A DNA stretch of 64,000 nt. Source: a virus. The DNA lies in IMG/VR virus record IMGVR_UViG_3300042691_041392. One strand, written 5' to 3'. The notes under the pieces are model-generated. The model was not told where the DNA came from. It ran no database searches and was given only the letters and a program-made list of their open reading frames with translations. This document shows, piece after piece, positions 28,684 through 38,065 of the stretch. Position 1 is the stretch's first letter. The number at the start of each line of letters is the position of its first letter. Position numbers and translations under genes: made by a program.

Positions 28684-30435
28684 TTAAAATTCAAACTCAC
28701 TACCACCTTGAGCACCACCACCTTGAGCTGGAGGAGCTTCGGGAGCCGCTTGTCCACCACCTTGAGCAGGAGCCTCAGGAGCCGCTTGTCCACCGGCTTG
28801 AGCACCACCTTGAGCACCCATTTCACCACCGACTTGAGCACCACCTTGAGCACCCATTTCACCACCGACTTGAGCACCACCTTGAGCACCCGGAGCGGCT
28901 CCGGCGCCAGCAGCATCTTTAGCCCAATATTTCTGGTTTTCAGCTTTTTCTTCAGGTGTTAATTTAAATACGTGATCCATTATCCATTCAATATGGAAAT
29001 AAGGTTTTTCACCATTCATAATACCAGTAAGTGTACCAATTGCTTCAGCTCTTTTAGCTAAATTATTAATCTTTTTCCACTCTTCAAAAATTTGATTTGA
29101 GTTGAAATCAATATCTATCTCATTCATTATAATATCATCTTCTCTGAGTTCTGGAAATTCAACTAACATTTGTAGTTTAAGAGGTTTTACTATAATTTCT
29201 TTAAAATTTGCTCTTAATCTACCAATAAAATTATGAAACTTAACTTCATCATTTGTCATACCAGCTTGATCAGCAACAAAAGTACCACCACCACCTTCAG
29301 CTTCAAATCGATTAATTGGAATTTTAGAAGCTCTTTTAAGTGCCATGTGAAACCACTTCAACATACCATCTTCATTTATATCATGTCCTTGAGGAGCAAC
29401 TAATTCCATATTAGGAGTACCAGCATCACCATCAGGAAACCATACTTGTTTATTATACGGAATATGTTTAGCACCATTTATAGAAATTGTACCCAATGTA
29501 TCATCAAATTCAATTTCTTCTGAATAATCTTGTATCAATTGACCTATTTGTTCTTCCGCCTTTTGTCTAGATAAACCTTTGATCGGAATAGTAAATTTTT
29601 GATAGACAGTAGCATTCATTATATTAAACATAATTCTTGTTTGCTCAAGAATTTTTAACTGGTTATAAGGTTTAATTAAACCTTCAACATATGAAGTCTC
29701 AGAAAAATCATTTTGAGTTGAATATGAAATAAATGCTATTTGAGAATCTAAAAATATTCTTCTCAACTGCGGATCTTCAGGAAACTGAATCCATAAGTGA
29801 CCAACGTTTGGTTCATAAGCTGGTACAATACTTTCTGGTTTTAACCTATTAAATGCGATTATATTCTTCTTTTTATCATCCCAAACTAATTCAACTGCCA
29901 AATAACCATCTATAAGAAAGTCTCTCATCATGTTAAAAGCAGTAACACTATCTGAAAATCCAAACTTATTATATATTTTTTCAAAAAATTCTTGATATTT
30001 ATCTTTTATATCTTGTGAATAGTCAGAAGATAATGGTGATGGTGAACAAAAGTCTTTAGTATCATTATAAACAATGGACTCATCCGCGATAGCACTAATA
30101 AAATCTCTAATTTCATCTTTAATTGAATATTCTCTTAGTATTCTTCTTTTATCAGGATAAGACTTATCCAAATAAGGTATAGATTTTCTATTTAAAACCG
30201 AAGCAACCGCTCTTTGAGAAAAGAAGTCATACATTGAACTACCTCTCGCTGCATAAGGATCTTCGTTAATACCAACACCAACTTGATTTCTGATGATCAT
30301 ATCATCGTAGTTCATACCATAGTTAGATAAGTTTCTTAATATTCTACTAAAAAGACCTTTATTTTCTACAGCGGAATTCACAAAACCCATTCCACCTTGA
30401 GAGTTATTATTATTTGTATAATTATATGAAGCCAT
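28684..30435 (-). CDS. gp20: Portal protein (T4 gp20-like) with Gly/Ala/Gln-rich tail
   Basis: IDGYL, SYVEGLIKPYNQLKILE, KAEEQI, LKRASKIP.NR and DEVKFHNFIGRLR motifs. Confidence 0.88.
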   Translation of the reverse strand: MASYNYTNNNNSQGGMGFVNSAVENKGLFSRILRNLSNYGMNYDDMIIRNQVGVGINEDPYAARGSSMYDFFSQRAVASVLNRKSIPYLDKSYPDKRRILREYSIKDEIRDFISAIADESIVYNDTKDFCSPSPLSSDYSQDIKDKYQEFFEKIYNKFGFSDSVTAFNMMRDFLIDGYLAVELVWDDKKKNIIAFNRLKPESIVPAYEPNVGHLWIQFPEDPQLRRIFLDSQIAFISYSTQNDFSETSYVEGLIKPYNQLKILEQTRIMFNIMNATVYQKFTIPIKGLSRQKAEEQIGQLIQDYSEEIEFDDTLGTISINGAKHIPYNKQVWFPDGDAGTPNMELVAPQGHDINEDGMLKWFHMALKRASKIPINRFEAEGGGGTFVADQAGMTNDEVKFHNFIGRLRANFKEIIVKPLKLQMLVEFPELREDDIIMNEIDIDFNSNQIFEEWKKINNLAKRAEAIGTLTGIMNGEKPYFHIEWIMDHVFKLTPEEKAENQKYWAKDAAGAGAAPGAQGGAQVGGEMGAQGGAQVGGEMGAQGGAQAGGQAAPEAPAQGGGQAAPEAPPAQGGGAQGGSEFEF

Positions 30436-30487
30436 TAAAAATTATAAATTTTAATGGTATATATAAAAATATGAACTCCCTAAAATG

Positions 30488-30514
30488 AAAAAAGAGACCC
30501 AAAGGTCTCTTTTT
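30488..30514. terminator. Intrinsic terminator
   Basis: AAAAAGAGACC-caaa-GGTCTCTTTT. Confidence 0.75.
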
Positions 30515-30739
30515 CTATATTCCTAATTCATTCAGTTTATTATCTCTCAACTTTTCTTTTAGTCTAAGTTCGTAGTCTTCTAACTTTACACTAAAACTAT
30601 TAGACCAAATAAGTTCTCTATAAGGGGCCATTATCCACTCATTGTGTAAATAAACATTTTCAAAAATGATATTTTTTCTTTTTACAGTAGGATCTTTCTC
30701 AATAATAAAATCCTTAATTAATTCATAATCATACTTCAT
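30515..30739 (-). CDS. Hypothetical protein with C-terminal RDxK tag
   Basis: Ends LRDNKLNELGI. Confidence 0.6.
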   Translation of the reverse strand: MKYDYELIKDFIIEKDPTVKRKNIIFENVYLHNEWIMAPYRELIWSNSFSVKLEDYELRLKEKLRDNKLNELGI

Positions 30740-30743
30740 ACTC

Positions 30744-31190
30744 TTAGATATAAAAAGTTCTATTTACAACATTCAAACTATTCACTGATATCTCACTTTC
30801 TTTCAAGACGTTTCTAATGTCTTTATTATAATTAGTTAAGTGATAAAATAACTTAGTAAAGTTTTTAACAGATGATCTGTTTTTAAAAAGGTTACCATCA
30901 CACCAAACAATTTCACCATTTTGTTTTAAGGTACAATTAATTCTGTGAGTATTTTGACCTGAAGTGAAAATGAACATAACCGTAATTGCTTCTTTTTCTC
31001 TTAAAACCCTAACAGAATGAAAAATAGCATTATCAAAAGCTTTTACTTTACCAACTAAAATATCAAACTTTAGATCTTCAATTTTCTTTTGCTCAATTAA
31101 ATTAGCATGTTCAATAAGTCTTTTAGCTAAATCATTTTGACCAAATGCTGATACTTTTTCAGATGCTGATACGTAAGTAGAATATTTCAT
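30744..31190 (-). CDS. Hypothetical protein, probably early
   Basis: 148-aa ORF; TATCTTTG host-type -7 box at 31222-31215. Confidence 0.6.
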   Translation of the reverse strand: MKYSTYVSASEKVSAFGQNDLAKRLIEHANLIEQKKIEDLKFDILVGKVKAFDNAIFHSVRVLREKEAITVMFIFTSGQNTHRINCTLKQNGEIVWCDGNLFKNRSSVKNFTKLFYHLTNYNKDIRNVLKESEISVNSLNVVNRTFYI

Positions 31191-31240
31191 ATTTATAGAT
31201 TTTTAATAACTATACAAAGATAGTAATTTTTTAATCTAAT

Positions 31241-31927
31241 TTAAAATCTCCTTAAAGAATTTTTTATCCTTTGTATATGTCCTTTTAATGCTTCATATTG
31301 AGCTTTGATTTTACCATCAACATCATAAAAATCAGAAATAAGAGCTTGTACCATCTCATTATGTCGTTGATCTCTTGTCTCTAATTTAGCATTCCATATC
31401 TGCATTAGTTTTTGAGGATCATATACGGCCTTTGGGTGTTGTGAATATAAAAATCTTGGAATTTGACTCATGTGTATTTTATGACATCTATAAATCTGTA
31501 TAGCATTATACTCCATTAAAGAATACTCAAATTTCCATTTTAATAGTTCTTTATACATCCCATCATAAGTAACTTTCAGAAAGGTATCATTGTCAAAAAA
31601 CTCATCTTTGAAATAAGGATCAAAGATAGCACTTCTTATTTGTAGTGGTATAAAGTTTAAATTAACACCAAATATGATAACTTTATTATCAAATTTTTTA
31701 TAACTAACAACAAATACAGGTGAATACTCCATCCATTTAGAAGGGTCTTTATAATGAATAAAATAAAAACCACCTGGTTTTATATCAGAGACATTTATAG
31801 CTTTAAACATCTTATCACTCTTACTCCACTTATCTAAAAACTCAAGTGAATTGTTTTTAAAATTTTCTTCTAATCCGTTACCATGTACCAATAAACTTAA
31901 TTTAACTCTTTCTTCTAAAGCACCCAT
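31241..31927 (-). CDS. DNA end protector (T4 gp2-like)
   Basis: PGGFYFIHY...SPVFVV...GVNLNFIP..IR pattern; divergent from the gp4-like gene. Confidence 0.55.
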   Translation of the reverse strand: MGALEERVKLSLLVHGNGLEENFKNNSLEFLDKWSKSDKMFKAINVSDIKPGGFYFIHYKDPSKWMEYSPVFVVSYKKFDNKVIIFGVNLNFIPLQIRSAIFDPYFKDEFFDNDTFLKVTYDGMYKELLKWKFEYSLMEYNAIQIYRCHKIHMSQIPRFLYSQHPKAVYDPQKLMQIWNAKLETRDQRHNEMVQALISDFYDVDGKIKAQYEALKGHIQRIKNSLRRF

Positions 31928-31970
31928 AGAAAGTTTTTTCTTTTATATATAAATAAAATGAAATAAACTT

Positions 31971-32495
31971 ATGTTAAATTCCAAGCCAAATAATTCAAAA
32001 TATCACGGTGGTCTTTATATTCCAAAAAATAAAGACAAGGTAATAAAATTAAATACTCAAGGAGGTCTTTTTTATAGAAGTTCTTGGGAGAAAAAGATAA
32101 TGACATGGTTAGATTTAAAACCGGAAATAACTAAATGGGGTGCTGAGTGCTTACAGATACCATATCAAATGACACACTTTGAAAATGGAGATACAAGAGT
32201 TAAAAACCATGTATATCATGTTGATTTTTATTATGAAATGAGAATTAATGGTGTTTTGAAACAAGTTGTAGCTGAAGTTAAACCACAAAAAGAATACGCA
32301 TTTGTACAAGCATTAACTGAAGGTAGGCTTCAAGTACCTGAGGATAAAGGTAAGAAGTTAAAAAACTTCGAGTATGACCTAAAAATGGCGTATAAAAATA
32401 AACAAAAATGGGAAACAATGATAAACTGGTGTAACAAAAAGGGTTATGACTTTATAATCATAACAGAAGAACACCTAAAGAAATTTAATGTTTAA
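31971..32495 (+). CDS. gp4: Head completion nuclease (T4 gp4/TnsA-like)
   Basis: YRSSWE...W..E...IPY...YHVDF...EVKP...NKQKWE...F.IITE. Confidence 0.85.
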   Translation: MLNSKPNNSKYHGGLYIPKNKDKVIKLNTQGGLFYRSSWEKKIMTWLDLKPEITKWGAECLQIPYQMTHFENGDTRVKNHVYHVDFYYEMRINGVLKQVVAEVKPQKEYAFVQALTEGRLQVPEDKGKKLKNFEYDLKMAYKNKQKWETMINWCNKKGYDFIIITEEHLKKFNV

Positions 32496-32833
32496 GTAAA
32501 TCTATAAAATAATATAGTTAAATAAATTGATATTAGTAATATAGGATGTAGATCTACATAAACTTTATAAATTCTATTTGAGATATGATAAAGTAAAAAT
32601 TTTGTAAATCCTAATAATATTATCATAAGAAATAAAACACTAAAACTTGAAAATAAACCAATTATTGGCCAAATAATTGAAGTTGTTTTTATCAAGTAAT
32701 AAAGTATATCAATTTTTTTTATTTGACTTGAATCTTTTTTCTTAAAAAATATATCTAATCTTTTTCTATTGGAAAAATAAAAAATCTCATTTAATGTAAA
32801 TAAAATTAAGGCTAAATAGAACAATGTATTCAT
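32492..32833 (-). CDS. Membrane protein
   Basis: Three to four hydrophobic segments. Confidence 0.55.
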   Translation of the reverse strand: MNTLFYLALILFTLNEIFYFSNRKRLDIFFKKKDSSQIKKIDILYYLIKTTSIIWPIIGLFSSFSVLFLMIILLGFTKFLLYHISNRIYKVYVDLHPILLISIYLTILFYRFT

Positions 32834-33132
32834 ATCGTTTCTTTAATTATTAATTCAGACATATTCAACAAATTTTTAAACTGGTGTTGATATATTCTAA
32901 TTGATTTATCCTTTGTGAGTTTTTCAAAGAGTGAATCTTCTATAAAAGCAACTAGCTCATCACCAACCGTTCTTTCATATTCATCTGGTATATTATTTTC
33001 ATTTCTACCATCATAAATAGAATTTATATATTTAATTCTTTCTTGTGTGTCTAAATGTATTGAACAACCATCTTGTATTGGAGACTTACCTCGAATAGAT
33101 TCTTCCCAAAATTGTAATACGACTTTATTCAT
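32830..33132 (-). CDS. Hypothetical protein
   Basis: 100-aa ORF, QFWEES.RG...DGCSIH; AAACT-N16-TACAA upstream. Confidence 0.6.
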   Translation of the reverse strand: MNKVVLQFWEESIRGKSPIQDGCSIHLDTQERIKYINSIYDGRNENNIPDEYERTVGDELVAFIEDSLFEKLTKDKSIRIYQHQFKNLLNMSELIIKETI

Positions 33133-33174
33133 AATATAATATTTAAACTTTGTATTAAAATTAATAAAAAAGTT

Positions 33175-33309
33175 TTAATTAAACTTATCAATCTTTATAT
33201 CTCTATTTACTTTACTACATAATGGTTGTAAGTTAGTATAGTGATTTAACCTTATAACATCATTTTCACTATTTACAGAAGATATTGGTATGATATGATC
33301 AATATCCAT
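33175..33309 (-). pseudogene. C-terminal remnant of an HNH endonuclease
   Basis: MDIDHIIPISSVNSENDVIRLNHYTNLQPLCSKVNRDIKIDKFN closely matches the end of the HNH gene at 38733-39422. Confidence 0.8.
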
Positions 33310-33375
33310 ACTTAATTGTTGATAGAATGGTTACAACAATTTTAAAAGAAGAAGAAATTTTAGAAGAAAAATAGA

Positions 33376-33402
33376 AAAAACCCAGTTTAAAACTGGGTTT
33401 TT
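33376..33402. terminator. Bidirectional terminator
   Basis: AAAAACCCAGTTT-a-AAACTGGGTTTTT. Confidence 0.75.
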
Positions 33403-33557
33403 CCCTTCCATATACTTTTGATTTTTCTCTTTATTCTACCTATTCTACCTTCAAGTTCAAATTTAGCCCCGCTAAAACCCGGAGAACTGACTATATCAAA
33501 TGGAAATAAAACTTGAACAGTCACTTTATCCCAATCTTTTATGTCTTTATTTTTCAT
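33387..33557 (-). CDS. Small hypothetical protein (56 aa, not in ORF track)
   Basis: MKNKDIKDWDKVTVQVLFPFDIVSSPGFSGAKFELEGRIGRIKRKIKSIWKGKTQF, starting 3 nt after the sigma gene stop. Confidence 0.5.
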   Translation of the reverse strand: MKNKDIKDWDKVTVQVLFPFDIVSSPGFSGAKFELEGRIGRIKRKIKSIWKGKTQF

Positions 33558-33560
33558 ATT

Positions 33561-33926
33561 CTATAAAGAGTGTAATCCCATACCTTCGTTAGAACCTTCG
33601 ATAGAGATCAATCTAATTTGGTGTTCATTATCACCTTTCTTTTTATAAAGGTCATTATATCCTTTTGCTATTCCTCTTTTAAAGATCTCAGTGAAATATG
33701 CAAAAGCATTTACTGATTTTTCTTCATTAAAGTTATACCAGTTTTGGAATACATAAAGTAATCCACTTTGATAACAATCTAATTTATCATCATTAGACCA
33801 ATATCTCATTTTTTTTATTGTTTTCTTAGCAAGAAGCTCTAACATTTTTTGAGCATTTCTTGTTAATCTTCCTTGTGCTTTACTTACTACTAATTCAATA
33901 TATAATTCTCTGTTATTTAAATACAT
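33561..33926 (-). CDS. gp55: Late sigma factor (T4 gp55-like, region 2 only)
   Basis: YLNNREL...YNFNEEKSVNAFAYFTEI gp55 signature. Confidence 0.75.
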   Translation of the reverse strand: MYLNNRELYIELVVSKAQGRLTRNAQKMLELLAKKTIKKMRYWSNDDKLDCYQSGLLYVFQNWYNFNEEKSVNAFAYFTEIFKRGIAKGYNDLYKKKGDNEHQIRLISIEGSNEGMGLHSL

Positions 33927-34021
33927 CCATAATCATTTATTTTTTAAGCTTATAACATCATAAGCTTATGATTTTCGATGTCCTTCATGTTATATATTAA
34001 TTATAAAAAAAAGTTTAAATG

Positions 34022-34050
34022 AAAAAACCCTCTTGAATAAGAGGGTTTTT
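34022..34050. terminator. Intrinsic terminator
   Basis: AAAAAACCCTCTT-gaat-AAGAGGGTTTTT. Confidence 0.8.
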
Positions 34051-34067
34051 AAAATATTTATATTTAA

Positions 34068-35351
34068 TTAGAATTTAATTCTTTCTTTATATTGTAATTC
34101 TTTAACACCTTTTAACTCAGCATCTAAATTTTCTTTTCTTTTATTTAGATTATTTAAAGCTGTAGTTAAAACCTCAGATTCACCAATCATCTTGATAGAA
34201 CCTTTAAGTTTATCAATGTTAAAGTTAACATCTTCTAATTTTAAGGTAATTTCTCTTTCTTTATCTTCAAGTTTTCTTTTAACTATTAACTCTTTACCTA
34301 ATTTATTTTCGAAGAAATAAGTTAGATCATAGTTTAATTCATTTCTAACTTCATTAACCAATTCTATAGCTGATTCGTATTTAAAGAATGAATTACCATA
34401 TCTTTCATCACATCTGTATAAGAAAGTTGCGTTTTTATAGTTGAATGCGAAACACTCTAAATAAGGGTTAATTAAGTTATTAACTCTTTTAACAACATCT
34501 AATTCAACAAATTTATCTAAGTTTTTAGAAGTTTCTAATAAAATTGGATAAAAGTTTTTATTTACAATAGGAATAATTGGAGAATTAAATAAACTTTCTA
34601 ATGTAGTTTCTTCATTCATTTCATCATCATTAACAAATACCTTACCTTTTTTAGCAACTGATAAACCAATATTTAAATATTCAGAAATTCTAAAATTAAC
34701 TCTATCTTCTGTAATAGTAGCATATTTCATAGCCGTTTCTAACATTCTCAATGTTTTTAAATCCTCTTCGTTTTTAACATTGTTTTCTAAAAGAGTTTTC
34801 TCAACATTGTTATCAGTTAAAAGGAACCAAGAATCTTTAACTAAAGCAATATGTCCATCTTCAACAGATTCAACAATAGTAAAAATAGATTCTCCTTTAC
34901 CACCACTCAATAAGTTAGTTTTTTGTTCAGGTGATTTAGTTAAGTTATGTACAAATAATTTAACTTCAGGAACCCAGTCATAAACAGATAACTCATTAAG
35001 AACTTTAGACATTCTATCATTATCACTCTCTAAGTTAATAGTTTGTAAAAGTACATTAATTGGTTGTCTGTAAAGTTCACCTTGATTTTTCGAATTAAGA
35101 ACATTATATAAATTTTTCAATTCATATAATAATTCAAAATTTTTCATATCATCATTTAAATTCTCTAATAGAGACTTTACACTTTTATCATAAGTATATG
35201 GCTTAAGTCTTTCATTTAAAGAAAGAATAATAGTTTTCTCAGAAGCTTCGTTACAAGCATTCATGTGACCTTCAACTATTACAGATATCTCGTCTTGTTC
35301 AAGACTTAAATTCTTCTTAAAGTTAAATAATTCAAGTTTTAGATTCTTCAT
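34068..35351 (-). CDS. Late protein of unknown function, possible prohead core component
   Basis: 427 aa, coiled-coil C-terminus, extended late promoter at 35382-35414. Confidence 0.55.
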   Translation of the reverse strand: MKNLKLELFNFKKNLSLEQDEISVIVEGHMNACNEASEKTIILSLNERLKPYTYDKSVKSLLENLNDDMKNFELLYELKNLYNVLNSKNQGELYRQPINVLLQTINLESDNDRMSKVLNELSVYDWVPEVKLFVHNLTKSPEQKTNLLSGGKGESIFTIVESVEDGHIALVKDSWFLLTDNNVEKTLLENNVKNEEDLKTLRMLETAMKYATITEDRVNFRISEYLNIGLSVAKKGKVFVNDDEMNEETTLESLFNSPIIPIVNKNFYPILLETSKNLDKFVELDVVKRVNNLINPYLECFAFNYKNATFLYRCDERYGNSFFKYESAIELVNEVRNELNYDLTYFFENKLGKELIVKRKLEDKEREITLKLEDVNFNIDKLKGSIKMIGESEVLTTALNNLNKRKENLDAELKGVKELQYKERIKF

Positions 35352-35418
35352 ATTTGTGTAATATTTTTTTAATTTATAGAGTATATATTAAGTCAAAAAA
35401 ATCATTTTTTTCCATTTT

Positions 35419-36432
35419 TTATTGACCCGGATTACCTCTATTTGGATCATTGTAATTACCACTAGCTCTTTCTCTAGCTCGTAATATTGTATCGAACCAT
35501 CTTGTTCTTTTTGGTTGAATAGATCTAAAGTCTGCGTTGGCATACGATCCATAAAAATCAGAACCACCAACAGATCCGTAAGTATTGTAAAAACTACCAG
35601 TTACCCCATATGCAACATCTGGAACTCTAGCATTTATATTAACACCAGGTATAGAATATGGATCCGTACTAACAGGTTGACCCGTCAATGAATTAGGAAG
35701 AGGTGGAGAAACATAATCTCTAACCTTACTATTTATATCATAACCATTTAAATCTGATTCACCACTACCATAAGATCTTGGGTAACCAACATCATTTATT
35801 CTATCCGCTCTAAATGCTGGATAATATGTTTCAACCGTAAAAGAAACTTTCAAAGATATTTTATTATCAGATGTTAGGTTTTTCTCTCTAGACATCTGAA
35901 CTGTATTACTATCCGGCATAGTCAATACCGCATCAATGTTCATAAAATTATGTTCAAAGTACATAAATTTGTATATCCAAAGGGTATTCATTATAGATTG
36001 ACTACATTTGAATGTATCAATCTCAGATGATAGTAGTATTTCTAAGTCATAGTTAACAGAAATTGGAACAGCTCTAACCTTAGCTAACGTTTTTCTAATT
36101 TCAACCTCATTCTCAACAACCATTCTCAACCAAACATTTGGGTTAGCAAATTCATCAGACTTTATATTAAATCCTGTTAGTGTTAGATGTCCTCTTGGTA
36201 TAATATCAGTATTAAGTTCAACATATCTATTCTCAGAAACAATATCATCCGAAAATGAATCTAAAAGAAATCTTTCATCACCAGTCAATGAATAATAAAT
36301 AGGAACTTGTACAAAAACATCACCCGATGTAAATCTATTTAACCATTTAATTTGTCCTTCTAAAGTATCAAGTACACAAACAGTTAAATCTCTGAAAAAA
36401 ACATCTTCAAAATTAAATCTTTCACCAATCAT
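35419..36432 (-). CDS. Tail sheath stabiliser/terminator (T4 gp15-like)
   Basis: QVPIYY...ERFL...IPRG...AVPISVNYDLEI...FTVETY pattern. Confidence 0.6.
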   Translation of the reverse strand: MIGERFNFEDVFFRDLTVCVLDTLEGQIKWLNRFTSGDVFVQVPIYYSLTGDERFLLDSFSDDIVSENRYVELNTDIIPRGHLTLTGFNIKSDEFANPNVWLRMVVENEVEIRKTLAKVRAVPISVNYDLEILLSSEIDTFKCSQSIMNTLWIYKFMYFEHNFMNIDAVLTMPDSNTVQMSREKNLTSDNKISLKVSFTVETYYPAFRADRINDVGYPRSYGSGESDLNGYDINSKVRDYVSPPLPNSLTGQPVSTDPYSIPGVNINARVPDVAYGVTGSFYNTYGSVGGSDFYGSYANADFRSIQPKRTRWFDTILRARERASGNYNDPNRGNPGQ

Positions 36433-36500
36433 AATGATATATATTAAATAAACTTTCTTTCTATTATCACATATATTGAATACTAAAATTGAGGAATATT

Positions 36501-37463
36501 ATGGCAGTTAACTTATTATTATGGGAAAAATGGAGACCAAAAAAAATTGAGGATTTAATTCTTTTACCAAGAATTAGAAAACATTTCGAAAATGGTGTTA
36601 ATCAACACTACATATTTTATGGTCACTGGGGTACTGGTAAAACCAGTTTATCTAGAATATTAATCGGAAAATACTCAAAAGAAACTCCATTCATGGAAGT
36701 TAACTGCTCAGAAGAAACATCCATTGACTTTTTAAGAGAAGAAATATCAACATTTTGTAGAACAAAACCAATGTTTAGTGATTCCGATGTTAAATATGTT
36801 TTTTTAGATGAGTTTGAAAGAGTATCAGCTCAATTTCAAGATGCGTTTAAAGCTTTTATTGAAAAGTATAACGATAAAGGTGTTATTTTTATTCTAACAA
36901 CAAATCACATAGAAAAGATTGGAGGTGGATTAAAATCAAGAATAAAAATGTTAAACTTTGATTGCGAAAGTGTAGAAGAAGAAAGATATCTCAAAAAAGA
37001 ATTTTTTAACAGAATTAAAAGTGTTATTCTACCAGCCGAGGGAAAAGATGTTCCGAAAGAAGAATTAATAAGAATAGTGACAAAAAGGTTTCCAGATTTC
37101 AGAAATACATTAGTTGAATTACAAGATTATTTAGAAACTGGTACAAGTAGTATTAGCGGAAATATATCAAATAAGGTTAAACAAGAACTGTATGATGTTT
37201 TATTCAATACCGATACTAATTATGATAAAATTTATCACTTTTTAATGGGTACATTTGGAGCTGAAAAAATAGATCAAATGATCAAGATATTAGGTAGACC
37301 ATTAGTTGATTATGTTGTTAATAACTATCCAGATAAAGTTGATAAATTATTTGAATGTAATTATATCATAACAGACTATTCATCGAAATTAGATTCAAAT
37401 ACAACCGATCCATTAATATTAGGAATGACAATAATTGGAAAATTAAAGGAATTACTAAATTAA
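36501..37463 (+). CDS. gp44: Clamp loader AAA+ subunit (T4 gp44/RFC-like)
   Basis: WEKWRPK, G..GTGKTS, LDEFE, TTNH, SR and FPDFR; ATG at 36501. Confidence 0.88.
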   Translation: MAVNLLLWEKWRPKKIEDLILLPRIRKHFENGVNQHYIFYGHWGTGKTSLSRILIGKYSKETPFMEVNCSEETSIDFLREEISTFCRTKPMFSDSDVKYVFLDEFERVSAQFQDAFKAFIEKYNDKGVIFILTTNHIEKIGGGLKSRIKMLNFDCESVEEERYLKKEFFNRIKSVILPAEGKDVPKEELIRIVTKRFPDFRNTLVELQDYLETGTSSISGNISNKVKQELYDVLFNTDTNYDKIYHFLMGTFGAEKIDQMIKILGRPLVDYVVNNYPDKVDKLFECNYIITDYSSKLDSNTTDPLILGMTIIGKLKELLN

Positions 37464-37473
37464 TATATAGTTT

Positions 37474-37851
37474 ATGGCAAACTATAATTTCACTGACTTT
37501 TATTTAGGATACCCAGAACATCCAAGATTTAAAGATTTAACTCTAATAGAAGATGATGTTATAAGAGTAATTGTTCAAAAGTGGGAAATGATATTATTCA
37601 CTAATAAAGGTGAGGTTTTTGCTCAGCCGGATTTTGGTGGTAATTTAAATTACTATTTATATGAAACTAGACTTTCAGCAGAAACAATTAAAGATGAGTT
37701 AAATGCTCAAATATCAGCTTATATACCAGAAATAAATGGAATTCCATATACATTAGAAGTCAGCTTTTTTGAAGATCCAGAAAGGTATCAGGAGTTCATG
37801 GAAGTATATTTTCAAATAAGAGATTTGGATGTATTCTTGGTAGTTGCTTAA
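37474..37851 (+). CDS. gp25: Baseplate wedge protein (gp25-like)
   Basis: LFTNKGEV...PDFGGNL..YLYE...I..YIPE. Confidence 0.75.
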   Translation: MANYNFTDFYLGYPEHPRFKDLTLIEDDVIRVIVQKWEMILFTNKGEVFAQPDFGGNLNYYLYETRLSAETIKDELNAQISAYIPEINGIPYTLEVSFFEDPERYQEFMEVYFQIRDLDVFLVVA

Positions 37852-38054
37852 AATCTATAATGTTCATTTATAAATCTTAAAAAATCATGAATATAATTTT
37901 CTTTTATTTTTTTAGGTAAATCTTTAAATTTTATATTATCAGTCCAATCTTTATTAAAAACCCACTTCATATTTTTCGGAGCCTTCTTTTTAGACTTATA
38001 TTTACGACGCATCGCCCAAATATATCTAAACTGTTGTTTACTTTTCGATGGCAT
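37848..38054 (-). CDS. Small basic protein
   Basis: MPSKSKQQFRY...; C-terminal FLRFINE. Confidence 0.55.
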   Translation of the reverse strand: MPSKSKQQFRYIWAMRRKYKSKKKAPKNMKWVFNKDWTDNIKFKDLPKKIKENYIHDFLRFINEHYRF

Positions 38055-38065
38055 AATTTAATATT

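Noticed and set aside
28554-28962. ORFs 28554-28916 and 28708-28962
   Set aside because: Shadows of the portal C-terminal repeats
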